Assembly: GCA_017934595.1 (NCBI GenBank)
Contig: JAGBJG010000002.1
Span: 1,846-65,845 of the forward strand
Source: Bacilli bacterium
Lineage (GTDB): Bacteria > Bacillota_I > Bacilli_A > RF39 > UBA660
DNA length: 64,000 nt
Reading direction: 5' to 3'
Within the stretch, counting starts at the first letter, position 1. Each line of letters begins with the position of its first letter. The notes below the pieces were generated by a model, which worked only from the letters and a program-made list of their open reading frames with translations, searched no databases and had not been told where the DNA came from. Positions 1 to 7,834 of the stretch are shown one piece after another. A program made the position numbers and the translations under genes.

Positions 1-3
1 AAA

Positions 4-45
4 TAAAAAAACACCCTACATTAAATAAAAAATGTAAGGTGTTTT
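4..45 (-). terminator. Intrinsic terminator after mob
   Basis: Inverted repeat 11-22/31-42 (12 bp, one G-U in minus-strand RNA) followed by a U-run (complement of 1-10), directly 3' of the mob stop. Confidence 0.7.
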
Positions 46-46
46 T

Positions 47-1321
47 CTATAAACTCATATCTAAATCATCTTCAATATCTTCATTATTTGCCTTATGATA
101 ATCTGGAATATAAGCATAATCAAATAATTCATCTTCTTTTGTTGTTCCTCTAGCAATATCAATAATATCATCTTGTTGAAAATCTCCATATTTATAATAA
201 TCTTTAACTTCCTGAGTAGCTAAATCTTTTGAATCTTCATTTCCTTTTAATAATATATTTCTAAAGAACTCTTTTATCCTATCAAATAAGTATTTAATAA
301 AACTATTTAAGTTTCTATTTTCTTGTTCTAATTTCTCATTTTTATTCTTTAATGATTTAACCTCTTTTTTAATATTTTCGTTCTCTTTTTCTAATGATTT
401 ATAACTATCAGCATAATTATCGACTTCATTGAAAACTTGCTTTATTTTAGGCTCTAATTCCTTTATTTTTTTAGATTCATTAATAACCTTATTCATTGTA
501 TCAAAAGTATCTTTATCAATTAGAATATGCTTTTTATCAAATGGAACATTTTTTGAAGATTCCATTTTTTTATCCAGTTCCTCAAATTCTTTAGTAAGTC
601 TATCGGATCTAACATTAATTTTTTGCTCAAGCTCTCTATTTATTCTTTTGTATTCTTTAATTTTAATATGTTTTCTATCGCTACCTTTAATACCTCTTTC
701 TAAATCATATCCTTTATCAGTTAGTCTTTTATGGTATTTATCTTGTAACTCTGATAGGTGTATCTTATCTCTTATATATTGTTTTTTAGAAATTGTATAT
801 CTTTCAGTATTAGTCCTCTTATCATACTTTTTAATTAAGGGAACTACTACACAATGTACATGAGGTGTTTTTTCATCCATATGAACTGTTGCGTGTAAAA
901 CTTGTTCTTTCTTATAACCCAAATCATTATAAACAAATTCCATACAAGTATCTGCCCATTCTTTAATATCATCTCTTGTCATATTTTTAAAGAACTCATT
1001 AGTTGCTGTAAACATTAATTCATCAGCTATTACATTATTAGATCTATCTAGCATTTGTTTAAATGTCTTTTTTCTATCTTCTCTTTCAGTTTTCATTCTT
1101 TTATCATGTTCTTTTTTATATTCTTTAGTTAAGTTATAAAAACCCTTAACATATTTTTCAGTTAAGGGTACTAATTCAATATTATTTTTAGTTAATTCTA
1201 ATTTTATATCTGGATTTGATTGATAAGCTTTCTTTTCTCTTTTATTGTGTGATCCTATTTGTGCTAAATCAGGTATAGTATAAATAGGTTCACTTCTAAA
1301 TATTGCATAATTTAAATTCAT
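47..1321 (-). CDS. mob: MobV-family (Pre/MobM-like) plasmid mobilisation relaxase
   Basis: HxxR-like SHNKRE and the HxDExxPHxH motif (HMDEKTPHVH); K/E-rich coiled-coil C-terminus. Start set at ATG 1321, preceded by AGGAG; ORF-track start 1369 has no RBS. Confidence 0.85.
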   Translation of the reverse strand: MNLNYAIFRSEPIYTIPDLAQIGSHNKREKKAYQSNPDIKLELTKNNIELVPLTEKYVKGFYNLTKEYKKEHDKRMKTEREDRKKTFKQMLDRSNNVIADELMFTATNEFFKNMTRDDIKEWADTCMEFVYNDLGYKKEQVLHATVHMDEKTPHVHCVVVPLIKKYDKRTNTERYTISKKQYIRDKIHLSELQDKYHKRLTDKGYDLERGIKGSDRKHIKIKEYKRINRELEQKINVRSDRLTKEFEELDKKMESSKNVPFDKKHILIDKDTFDTMNKVINESKKIKELEPKIKQVFNEVDNYADSYKSLEKENENIKKEVKSLKNKNEKLEQENRNLNSFIKYLFDRIKEFFRNILLKGNEDSKDLATQEVKDYYKYGDFQQDDIIDIARGTTKEDELFDYAYIPDYHKANNEDIEDDLDMSL

Positions 1322-1352
1322 AATATCGTTTCTCCTTTCTTTATGCACGAAA

Positions 1353-1377
1353 AAAGATACTTTATTCAAGTATCTTT
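1353..1377 (-). repeat. Perfect 10-bp inverted repeat upstream of mob (candidate oriT hairpin or terminator)
   Basis: AAAGATACTT (1353-1362) / AAGTATCTTT (1368-1377) with a 5-nt loop, followed on the minus strand by TTTTCG; 30 nt upstream of the mob start. Confidence 0.4.
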
Positions 1378-1426
1378 AAACTCTTGTATTTATTATCATT
1401 CATAGTCATTCACTTATTTTTTGGAT

Positions 1427-1555
1427 TTATCCTATTCCTCCATGACCTGGATCTAGATAAATACATTTACCATATAAAGAATTATCTGCTTTAACCGTAC
1501 CAAATATAACTAAACTGATAACAAATATCGAAAGCATAAATATTTTATATTTCAT
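1427..1555 (-). pseudogene. cwlD: N-terminal stump of a CwlD-like N-acetylmuramoyl-L-alanine amidase (42 codons)
   Basis: AGGTGA RBS, then MKYKIFMLSIFVISLVIFGTVKADNSLYGKCIYLDPGHGGIG-stop. That is a signal/TM segment plus the start of the amidase_3 DPGHGG motif, after which the reading frame ends. Confidence 0.6.
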
Positions 1556-1579
1556 ACTATCACCTAATAATTTTATGAC

Positions 1580-1609
1580 GCATAAAAATAAAAGATACCT
1601 AAGTATCTT
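1580..1609 (-). terminator. Intrinsic terminator after the RluA-family gene
   Basis: Stem AAGATAC/GTATCTT (1592-1598/1603-1609), 4-nt loop, U-rich tail on the minus strand. Confidence 0.6.
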
Positions 1610-2257
1610 CTATTCAAATATGTTCCAAGGATATTTATTTGGTTTGTCTAATTTAAATTCCATCTTCTCTTTTGTTACTGGATGTTCAAAAGATAAATAG
1701 TATGCAAATAAAGCAATTTGCTCACCTACTTTAGCGTTCTTATTATATCTTTGATCGCCATATAAAGGATGATTTCTAGATGAAAATTGTACTCTTATTT
1801 GATGAGATCTTCCTGTTTCCAGATGTATATCAACTAATGATAATCCATCTTTATAGGTAATATTTTTGAAAGATAATATTGATTCTTTTCCCAAATCACT
1901 TACTATTGTATTGTTGGTTTTAGTATCTTTAAGTAATTTATCTTTTAATATTCCTTCTTCTAATTTACCTTCTATAACCGCATAATATCTTTTATCTAGT
2001 TTATGAGTTCTAACTTGATCAGATAATCTTGATGCAGCTTTAGAAGTCTTTGCAAAAACCATAACGCCACCTACTGGTCTATCTAATCTATGAACCAAGC
2101 CTAAATATACATTACCTGGCTTATTATATTTCTCTTTAATATATTTTTTTAATTCATTTAATAAATCGGGATCTTTACTATCATCTTCTTGGGTAGGCAT
2201 ATTAATAGGTTTTTCTACTACAAGTAAATGATTATCTTCATATATAACCTTAATCAT
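1610..2257 (-). CDS. RluA-family pseudouridine synthase
   Basis: HRLDRPVGGVMVFAKT catalytic Asp motif and GRSHQIRVQF. Start uncertain (ATG 2257 overlapping the upstream stop, or 2275/2284). Confidence 0.85.
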   Translation of the reverse strand: MIKVIYEDNHLLVVEKPINMPTQEDDSKDPDLLNELKKYIKEKYNKPGNVYLGLVHRLDRPVGGVMVFAKTSKAASRLSDQVRTHKLDKRYYAVIEGKLEEGILKDKLLKDTKTNNTIVSDLGKESILSFKNITYKDGLSLVDIHLETGRSHQIRVQFSSRNHPLYGDQRYNKNAKVGEQIALFAYYLSFEHPVTKEKMEFKLDKPNKYPWNIFE

Positions 2258-3122
2258 TAGATACCCATCTTCCATATATACCACAAGGTAATACTAAATT
2301 ATCTCTTTTGATAGGCAAACCTACTTCACCACTCTCAATCTTTCCATTTGGATAAATTGGTAATAAAGTTGTTTTTAAAATATTATCTAATACGATATTA
2401 GATATACCAGTAGTATATGAATTAATTAAGAAAAATAATGGTTTATCACTTAATATCTTAGTACAAGCTACTATTAAATTATATAAGTTTTCTTCAAATT
2501 TCCATGTTTCACCATTAGGACCTCTTCCATAACTTGGAGGATCCATTATAATCGCATCATATTTATTACCACGTCTAGCTTCTCTTTCAACAAATTTAAG
2601 GCAATCATCTACTATGAATCTAATTACATTATTTTCTAAACCTGATAATCTCATGTTTTCTTTAGCCCATTCAATCATACCTTTAGAAGCATCTACATGT
2701 ACCACATCAGCGCCTGCATAACTAGCTGCCATAGTAGCTCCACCCGTATACGCAAATAAGTTTAATACTTTAATTTTTCTACCACTATTTTGAATTTTAT
2801 CAATTATGAAATCCCAGTTAGTAGCTTGTTCAGGAAATAAACCTGTATGCTTAAAATTAGTTGGGCTTACTTTAAATTTTAAATCTCTATAATTAATAGT
2901 CCAATATTCATCTAACTTCTTATTAAAATCCCAGTAGCCACCACCTTTATTGCTTCTATGATAGAAGCCATCTGGTTTTTTCCATAAATCAGTATAGTCT
3001 ACTTTCCACATAGCTTGAGGATCTGGTCTTCTTAATATTACATTACCCCAACGTTCTAACTTTTCACCATTACCTGCATCTAAGCATTCATAATCTTTCC
3101 AATTATCACTTATTTTTAACAT
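2250..3122 (-). CDS. Class I SAM-dependent (RlmI/RlmK-like) methyltransferase
   Basis: LNLFAYTGGATMAA SAM-binding motif and IIMDPPSYGRG (DPPxY-type) motif. Confidence 0.75.
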   Translation of the reverse strand: MLKISDNWKDYECLDAGNGEKLERWGNVILRRPDPQAMWKVDYTDLWKKPDGFYHRSNKGGGYWDFNKKLDEYWTINYRDLKFKVSPTNFKHTGLFPEQATNWDFIIDKIQNSGRKIKVLNLFAYTGGATMAASYAGADVVHVDASKGMIEWAKENMRLSGLENNVIRFIVDDCLKFVEREARRGNKYDAIIMDPPSYGRGPNGETWKFEENLYNLIVACTKILSDKPLFFLINSYTTGISNIVLDNILKTTLLPIYPNGKIESGEVGLPIKRDNLVLPCGIYGRWVSND

Positions 3123-3130
3123 ATTATCAC

Positions 3131-4081
3131 CTACCTATAATATTTTTTTAATCTTTTAACAGCTTTTTTAAATGCCGGCTTATTATCAAGGCATTCATTT
3201 AATTCAGAGTCATTATACCAACCATCATATTCTTTATTAAGAATATCTATAAACTTATTAAATAATTTTTCTTTTTCTTCTTTAGAGTAGAACAACCAAT
3301 GTTCCACTTCCTGTAATCTATATAATAAATGGATAGTAAATATTGATTTATATTGTTCTTCATAGCCCTTTGGCATACGTGACTTTAATTTATCTAATGA
3401 TTTAAATATATCATCAATATTTTTTATAACTCTAAATTGGTCTAATACAGAAGTACTTAAATTAAATCTATAATTATATAAAGCCTCATTCATGAAATAA
3501 ACTTTACCAGATTTAGCTAATATAGCTGGTACAAAAGCTAAATCTTCCCATTTAATACCTTCACCAAAATTAGTATCTTTAAGTAAATCTCTTTTAATTA
3601 ACTTATTACCGATACCTGCAGTTTCTTTTACTATATAATTTTTATCTTTAGTAGTATCTATAACGCCATTTTTTCTTTTGTAGTAATTATGGAAATCACC
3701 CAATTTAAATGGTCCTATAATGGTTCTATAACTGCATCTAACTATACCTGCATCATTTTCTTTCGCTTTATTATACATTAATTCTAAAGCATTAGGTTCA
3801 ATATAATCATCACTATCAACAAATTTAATATACTCACCTTTAGCTAAGCTTATACCTTTATTTCTTGCTTTACCAACACCACCACGATTCATTTGGATAG
3901 CTGTAACATTATCATAATTGTTATCATAATATTTCATAATTTCAAAAGTTTTATCAGTAGAGCCGTCATCAATCAATATAATTTCTATATCTTTTAAAGT
4001 TTGATTAAGTATACTATCAATACATTTTTTAATATATTTTTCTTCGTTGAAAGCCGGTATTATAACACTAACTTTAGTCAT
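3131..4081 (-). CDS. Family 2 glycosyltransferase
   Basis: VSVIIPAFNEEKYIKKCIDSILNQT ... IDDGSTDKT ... DSDD, the typical GT2 N-terminal domain. Confidence 0.85.
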   Translation of the reverse strand: MTKVSVIIPAFNEEKYIKKCIDSILNQTLKDIEIILIDDGSTDKTFEIMKYYDNNYDNVTAIQMNRGGVGKARNKGISLAKGEYIKFVDSDDYIEPNALELMYNKAKENDAGIVRCSYRTIIGPFKLGDFHNYYKRKNGVIDTTKDKNYIVKETAGIGNKLIKRDLLKDTNFGEGIKWEDLAFVPAILAKSGKVYFMNEALYNYRFNLSTSVLDQFRVIKNIDDIFKSLDKLKSRMPKGYEEQYKSIFTIHLLYRLQEVEHWLFYSKEEKEKLFNKFIDILNKEYDGWYNDSELNECLDNKPAFKKAVKRLKKYYR

Positions 4082-4118
4082 AAAATCACCATCTAAATTA
4101 TAACATTTTTTATAGAAT

Positions 4119-4151
4119 AAAAAAAGAAAAACCCTTGAATTAAATCAAGAG
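4119..4151 (-). terminator. Intrinsic terminator after hypothetical gene 4194-4892
   Basis: 7-bp stem 4132-4138/4145-4151 (one G-U) followed by a U-run on the minus strand. Confidence 0.55.
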
Positions 4152-4193
4152 TATACATTAAGTATATACTAAAATTTACATTAATGCTTTCAA

Positions 4194-4892
4194 TTATTTT
4201 TTTGTACCTATAGTTTTAGTTTTCTCTAAAGGTAATTTATAATGTTGTAGCCCATTATGCTCCTCACATGTTCCCATAACGTCAAAACCTGGCCCTGCAT
4301 ATTCTCTGATACCTTTATCAATAACTTTATTATTAAGCGCGATTAACTCATTTTCTAATGTTTCATTTCTATTAACTGATACACCAAAATTCCAACCGAT
4401 AAAATGATCTAAAAAATGATTAATAAAATATTTGTTTTCCTCTTCAAAATTATGCTCATTCAATCTTAGATTTCTAATTGCGCGTTCAGTTATTAATAAA
4501 TCAGCACGGCCATGATAATTTTCAGAAACCTCATCAGTTAATTTAAGCATAAAGCAATATGGATCTAATACAATACCTTTATCAAGTGAAGCATTATATA
4601 TTCTTACCAATTGCAAAATAATATCATCTAAATTAGCTATTTCACTATAATTTTTATAATTACCAATAACTAATTCATCATTTTTATAAAATCTAAAATT
4701 ACAAGTTGGGCATCCATCATTTAAAGGATATAAATAAATCAAATTTTCATCTGTCATTTCGTATGCAATAATACCACTCATTTTTATTTTACCTAAATTA
4801 TATGCATGGTACTCTAAGCCTAAATCTTCAGTGACAGACTTAATTTGAGCTGATTCCCTAGCTAAAACAAATTTTCTAAATAAATTGCTCAT
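4194..4892 (-). CDS. Hypothetical protein (no recognisable family)
   Basis: 232-codon ORF with GAGGAG RBS before ATG 4892, its own promoter and terminator. The ORF-track GTG start at 4907 lies inside the RBS. Confidence 0.6.
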   Translation of the reverse strand: MSNLFRKFVLARESAQIKSVTEDLGLEYHAYNLGKIKMSGIIAYEMTDENLIYLYPLNDGCPTCNFRFYKNDELVIGNYKNYSEIANLDDIILQLVRIYNASLDKGIVLDPYCFMLKLTDEVSENYHGRADLLITERAIRNLRLNEHNFEEENKYFINHFLDHFIGWNFGVSVNRNETLENELIALNNKVIDKGIREYAGPGFDVMGTCEEHNGLQHYKLPLEKTKTIGTKK

Positions 4893-4917
4893 AAAATTTC
4901 TCCTCACATAGTGATTT

Positions 4918-4946
4918 ATTATACAAAAGTATCGAATATATTACAA
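4918..4946 (-). promoter_or_regulatory. Sigma-A-type promoter for 4194-4892
   Basis: TTGTAA - 17 nt - TATAAT on the minus strand. Confidence 0.5.
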
Positions 4947-4974
4947 TAAAAAAGCATAAATTTATGCTTTTTTA
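4947..4974. terminator. Bidirectional-looking intrinsic terminator after the GNAT gene
   Basis: AAAAAGCAT AAATTT ATGCTTTTT palindrome flanked by A- and T-runs. Confidence 0.6.
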
Positions 4975-5069
4975 ATTATTTCATTATACATTTCAACTAT
5001 CTTATCTACATCATCACGATTCATATGATCTAAACTTGATTGATAAGTTAAATTTAGATTCTTATTATC

Positions 5070-5561
5070 TCATAAATCAACATCATCATTTATTAAACTT
5101 TTAGAATAAATTCTACAATCATAGGATAATTCTTCAAGAGTATATTTTTCGCCTACAAATCCTTCTTCTTCATATAATTTAATCGCATCCTTATTATCAA
5201 TAAAATCAGTATATAATCTCATAGTTTTAAAATTCATAGTTTTCACTTTAGATACTGTATTTCTAAGAAGTTGCCTACCTAAACCATTATTTCTAAATTC
5301 TTTTAAAATACCAAACCAAGCAAGCCAAGCATTATCTGAATCATAATAATATATACCTGTTATTCCAATATAATTATCATCAACCTTAGCTAAATAATAC
5401 TTAACATGATCATCCACATAATCTAATCCTGTTTTTTCTATAAATAAATCCCTATCTAATGACGCTAAAATATTTAAAGCACCATCTTCTTTTGGAAATA
5501 TCATACGTTGTATTTCTATTGCTTTTTTATAATTATTTTTATCAACTAATATTAATTCCAT
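5070..5561 (-). CDS. GNAT-family N-acetyltransferase
   Basis: FGILKEFRNNGLGRQLL acetyl-CoA binding motif (R/Q-x-x-G-x-G/A); about 160 aa. Confidence 0.8.
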   Translation of the reverse strand: MELILVDKNNYKKAIEIQRMIFPKEDGALNILASLDRDLFIEKTGLDYVDDHVKYYLAKVDDNYIGITGIYYYDSDNAWLAWFGILKEFRNNGLGRQLLRNTVSKVKTMNFKTMRLYTDFIDNKDAIKLYEEEGFVGEKYTLEELSYDCRIYSKSLINDDVDL

Positions 5562-5573
5562 AGAGACTCCTAA

Positions 5574-6248
5574 CTATTTTAATAATCTATCTAAATCATA
5601 TAATCCATCCGGATTTTTATCTTTCATCAAAAGAGCTATTTTTAAAATATCAGAAGCTAATTCTTTGAATCCTATAACACGACAATGTAAATTTCCTACT
5701 CTCCAGTCATTAATTAATTCGTCATATTCTAAAAAAGATTTTATATTAACTATTTTACCTGTTTCATCCAATACTCTTTTGGCTATTACTTTAGCTGTTT
5801 CACTTGGTATCTTTTTTGTCTTATAATGTGTTTCTACTAATTCAATTTCACTATCTTTAGTTTGTTTAGCATATTCAACTACAGAATCTATGAATTCTTT
5901 AACTTTATATCTAAAATTACCACCCCTAAATACTGGTATTATTTTTGATGCTTCTTCATAAGCTTTTACTTGTTCTTCGTCTAAACCAGATGTACCTATT
6001 ATTATTGGCTTTTTAACCTTTAATGCGAAATTTAACATTTTATAAAAACTATCTTTATGTGAAAAATCAACTATTACATCAAATTCTTCTTTTATTTCAT
6101 CCAATTGATCATAATTATAAAAATCACTATTATTTCTGCATACGCCAGCCACTATTTCTACTTCTTTACTTTGTTTAGCTAATTCATATGCTTCTTTTCC
6201 AGTTCTTCCTGTTATACCACTCCATAATATTCTAACCTTATTATTCAC
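5574..6248 (-). CDS. DapB-like (4-hydroxy-tetrahydrodipicolinate reductase family) protein, divergent
   Basis: GITGRTGKE dinucleotide motif, DFSH, IIGTSG, and a degenerate ETHYKTKKIPSETA in place of E-x-HH-x-x-K-x-DAPSGTA. Start set at GTG 6248 with AGGTGA RBS; the longer ORF-track start would run through the rpsI terminator. Confidence 0.55.
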   Translation of the reverse strand: MNNKVRILWSGITGRTGKEAYELAKQSKEVEIVAGVCRNNSDFYNYDQLDEIKEEFDVIVDFSHKDSFYKMLNFALKVKKPIIIGTSGLDEEQVKAYEEASKIIPVFRGGNFRYKVKEFIDSVVEYAKQTKDSEIELVETHYKTKKIPSETAKVIAKRVLDETGKIVNIKSFLEYDELINDWRVGNLHCRVIGFKELASDILKIALLMKDKNPDGLYDLDRLLK

Positions 6249-6264
6249 AAAATCACCTACATAG

Positions 6265-6273
6265 ATTATATCA
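6265..6273 (-). promoter_or_regulatory. Extended -10 element (TGATATAAT) for the dapB-like gene
   Basis: TGnTATAAT match on the minus strand just downstream of the rpsI terminator. Confidence 0.4.
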
Positions 6274-6299
6274 CAAAAAAACTCGCATAAGCGAGTTTT
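6274..6299 (-). terminator. Intrinsic terminator after rpsI
   Basis: AAAACTCGC ATAA GCGAGTTTT hairpin followed by a U-run on the minus strand. Confidence 0.8.
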
Positions 6300-6310
6300 G
6301 AAACACAATA

Positions 6311-6721
6311 TTATCTCTTTGAGAATTGAGGCGCACGACGTGCTGCTTTAAGTCCTGGTTTCTTTCTTTCTTTCATTCTAGGATCTCTAGTTATGAAACC
6401 AGCTCTTTTTAATGTTGTTCTATAGCTATCATCATTACCTTCATTAGCTTCATCATATTGTAGTAAAGCTCTTGTAATACCTAAACGAATAGCTCCAGTA
6501 GCTCCTGTAAAACCACCACCTGTAACATTTGCTTCAATATCAAATGTTTTTTCGTTATTAGTTGCAACTAATGGTTGCATTAAATCCATAACATTAGTTT
6601 CGTAAGGGAAGAATTCTCTAACGTCTCTACCATTAACAGTAATTTTTCCTGTACCAGGAACCATTCTTACTCTTGCAACAGTAGATTTTCTACGACCTGT
6701 TCCAGTATAAACCTTTTTCAT
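6311..6721 (-). CDS. rpsI: 30S ribosomal protein S9
   Basis: [19 protein letters not shown] ... ends PQFSKR; follows rplM. Confidence 0.97.
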   Translation of the reverse strand: MKKVYTGTGRRKSTVARVRMVPGTGKITVNGRDVREFFPYETNVMDLMQPLVATNNEKTFDIEANVTGGGFTGATGAIRLGITRALLQYDEANEGNDDSYRTTLKRAGFITRDPRMKERKKPGLKAARRAPQFSKR

Positions 6722-6730
6722 TTAACCCTC

Positions 6731-7165
6731 CTACTTAACTTCCATAGCACTTGGTTTTTGAGCTGCATGTGGATGTTCTTCACCAGCGTATACAAATAAT
6801 TTTTTAATCATTTGTCTACCTAATCTTCCTTTTGGAAGCATTCCTTTAACTGCTCTTTCAACCATTTCTACAGGATAATTTTCTTTCATTTCACGTGCTG
6901 TTCTTTCTCTTAGACCACCAGTGTAACCACTGTGATTGTAATAAATTTTGTCATCTAATTTGTTTCCAGTTAAATTAACTTTAGAAGCATTGATAACAAT
7001 TACATTATCTCCGCAATCAACGTGTGGAGTATATGTAGGTTTGTGTTTTCCACGAAGTACATGAGCACATTTAGTAGCTAAACGACCTAAGTTAACATCT
7101 GTAGCGTCGATAACATACCAATTTCTCACTACTTCTTCTTTCTTTTGCATATATGTATCTTTCAT
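6731..7165 (-). CDS. rplM: 50S ribosomal protein L13
   Basis: [21 protein letters not shown], a typical L13 N-terminus. Start moved to ATG 7165 (GGAGAAAGGA RBS). Confidence 0.95.
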   Translation of the reverse strand: MKDTYMQKKEEVVRNWYVIDATDVNLGRLATKCAHVLRGKHKPTYTPHVDCGDNVIVINASKVNLTGNKLDDKIYYNHSGYTGGLRERTAREMKENYPVEMVERAVKGMLPKGRLGRQMIKKLFVYAGEEHPHAAQKPSAMEVK

Positions 7166-7237
7166 GCTTAATTTTCCTTTCTCCATTATATTAAGTGGAT
7201 GTCCCAAGTCCACTTATATGGGATTAAAAATGTACCA
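7166..7237 (-). promoter_or_regulatory. Structured rplM 5' leader (L13-leader-like)
   Basis: Hairpin AAGUGGA/UCCACUU (7193-7199/7209-7215) interleaved with UCCCA/UGGGA pairing, just upstream of the SD. Confidence 0.45.
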
Positions 7238-7243
7238 GTATTA

Positions 7244-7272
7244 ATTATATGTGAAAAAGCAAATAAAGTCAA
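7244..7272 (-). promoter_or_regulatory. Sigma-A promoter of rplM-rpsI
   Basis: TTGACT - 17 nt - TATAAT on the minus strand. Confidence 0.65.
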
Positions 7273-7309
7273 CAAAAATATAGCAAATTATTAATGAAAA
7301 TTCCTATTT

Positions 7310-7783
7310 TTACACTTTTTGAACTAATTCATTAATAATTATATCTTTTATTCTATCAATATCAGACATAAACAAGTTAATTCCATGCGTTTTAAGCCTT
7401 AGCATACGTCTTAAATTCTTATCAATTCTAACTTTTAACGAATTTATAGCTTGAATTTCTACCCCATCAATATTATGAACATGCGCGACAAATTTTTCTA
7501 TACACGGGAAAGCATTTTGTAAAAGTATTGCTTGTTCAGTACCAAATATTTCACTAACAATGATCGTCTCACAATAATTATGTTTTTTTCTTTTTGCTAA
7601 AATATTCTTATACTTCTCTATTCTAGATGATAGTGGTACAAACCATAATGTACCGTCTATTTTAGCTGCATAGTAAGTAGGTCTGGTATGCCCGTTTTCA
7701 TAGTTTTGCATTAATTTATTATCGTCTACTAAATTAAAGAAATTATCTTTGATATGATATAAATATCCAATCTTTATCTTCAT
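7310..7783 (-). CDS. Type III toxin-antitoxin system toxin, ToxN/AbiQ/CptN-like endoribonuclease (157 aa)
   Basis: MKIKIGYLYHIKDNFF...HTRPTYYAAKIDGTLWFVPLSSRIEKYKNI...LLQNAFPCIEKFV resembles the ToxN/AbiQ/CptN core (aromatic-x-PLSS-x-K). AGGAGG RBS before ATG 7783. Preceded by tandem repeats plus a terminator. Confidence 0.7.
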   Translation of the reverse strand: MKIKIGYLYHIKDNFFNLVDDNKLMQNYENGHTRPTYYAAKIDGTLWFVPLSSRIEKYKNILAKRKKHNYCETIIVSEIFGTEQAILLQNAFPCIEKFVAHVHNIDGVEIQAINSLKVRIDKNLRRMLRLKTHGINLFMSDIDRIKDIIINELVQKV

Positions 7784-7793
7784 ATATCCTCCT

Positions 7794-7834
7794 ATAAAAC
7801 AAAAAGAAGGCTTTGTAAAACACAAAACCTTCTT
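7794..7834 (-). terminator. Intrinsic terminator between the repeat array and the toxin gene
   Basis: 13-bp stem 7804-7816/7822-7834 (one G-U in minus-strand RNA), 5-nt loop, then UUUUUGUUUU. Confidence 0.75.

Larger units (their letters stand above)
1..1426. mobile_element. Edge of an integrated mobilisable element or plasmid remnant (continues left of the window)
   Basis: Carries a MobV relaxase gene with its own terminator and upstream hairpin. Abuts a truncated chromosomal cwlD-like gene at about 1427. Left boundary not visible. Confidence 0.5.

Noticed and set aside
429-863. 144-aa plus-strand ORF inside mob.
   Set aside because: Antisense shadow ORF within a well-supported relaxase gene. 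It has an L/S/F-rich low-complexity translation and no RBS.
4965-5027. Independent 20-codon ORF MNRDDVDKIVEMYNEIIKKA.
   Set aside because: It has no RBS and is in frame with the GNAT gene, so it is better explained as part of the post-stop extension discussed in the findings.
5070-5072. Possibility that TGA encodes Trp (genetic code 4), prompted by the open frame after the GNAT TGA.
   Set aside because: All conserved genes in the window are intact under code 11. Several end in TGA at the expected length (for example truA, the SDR and the helicase). No conserved gene needs an internal TGA.
6249-6308. Longer N-terminus of the DapB-like ORF (ORF-track start 6308).
   Set aside because: It would overlap the rpsI terminator hairpin and an extended -10 element. 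GTG 6248 has an AGGTGA RBS at proper spacing.
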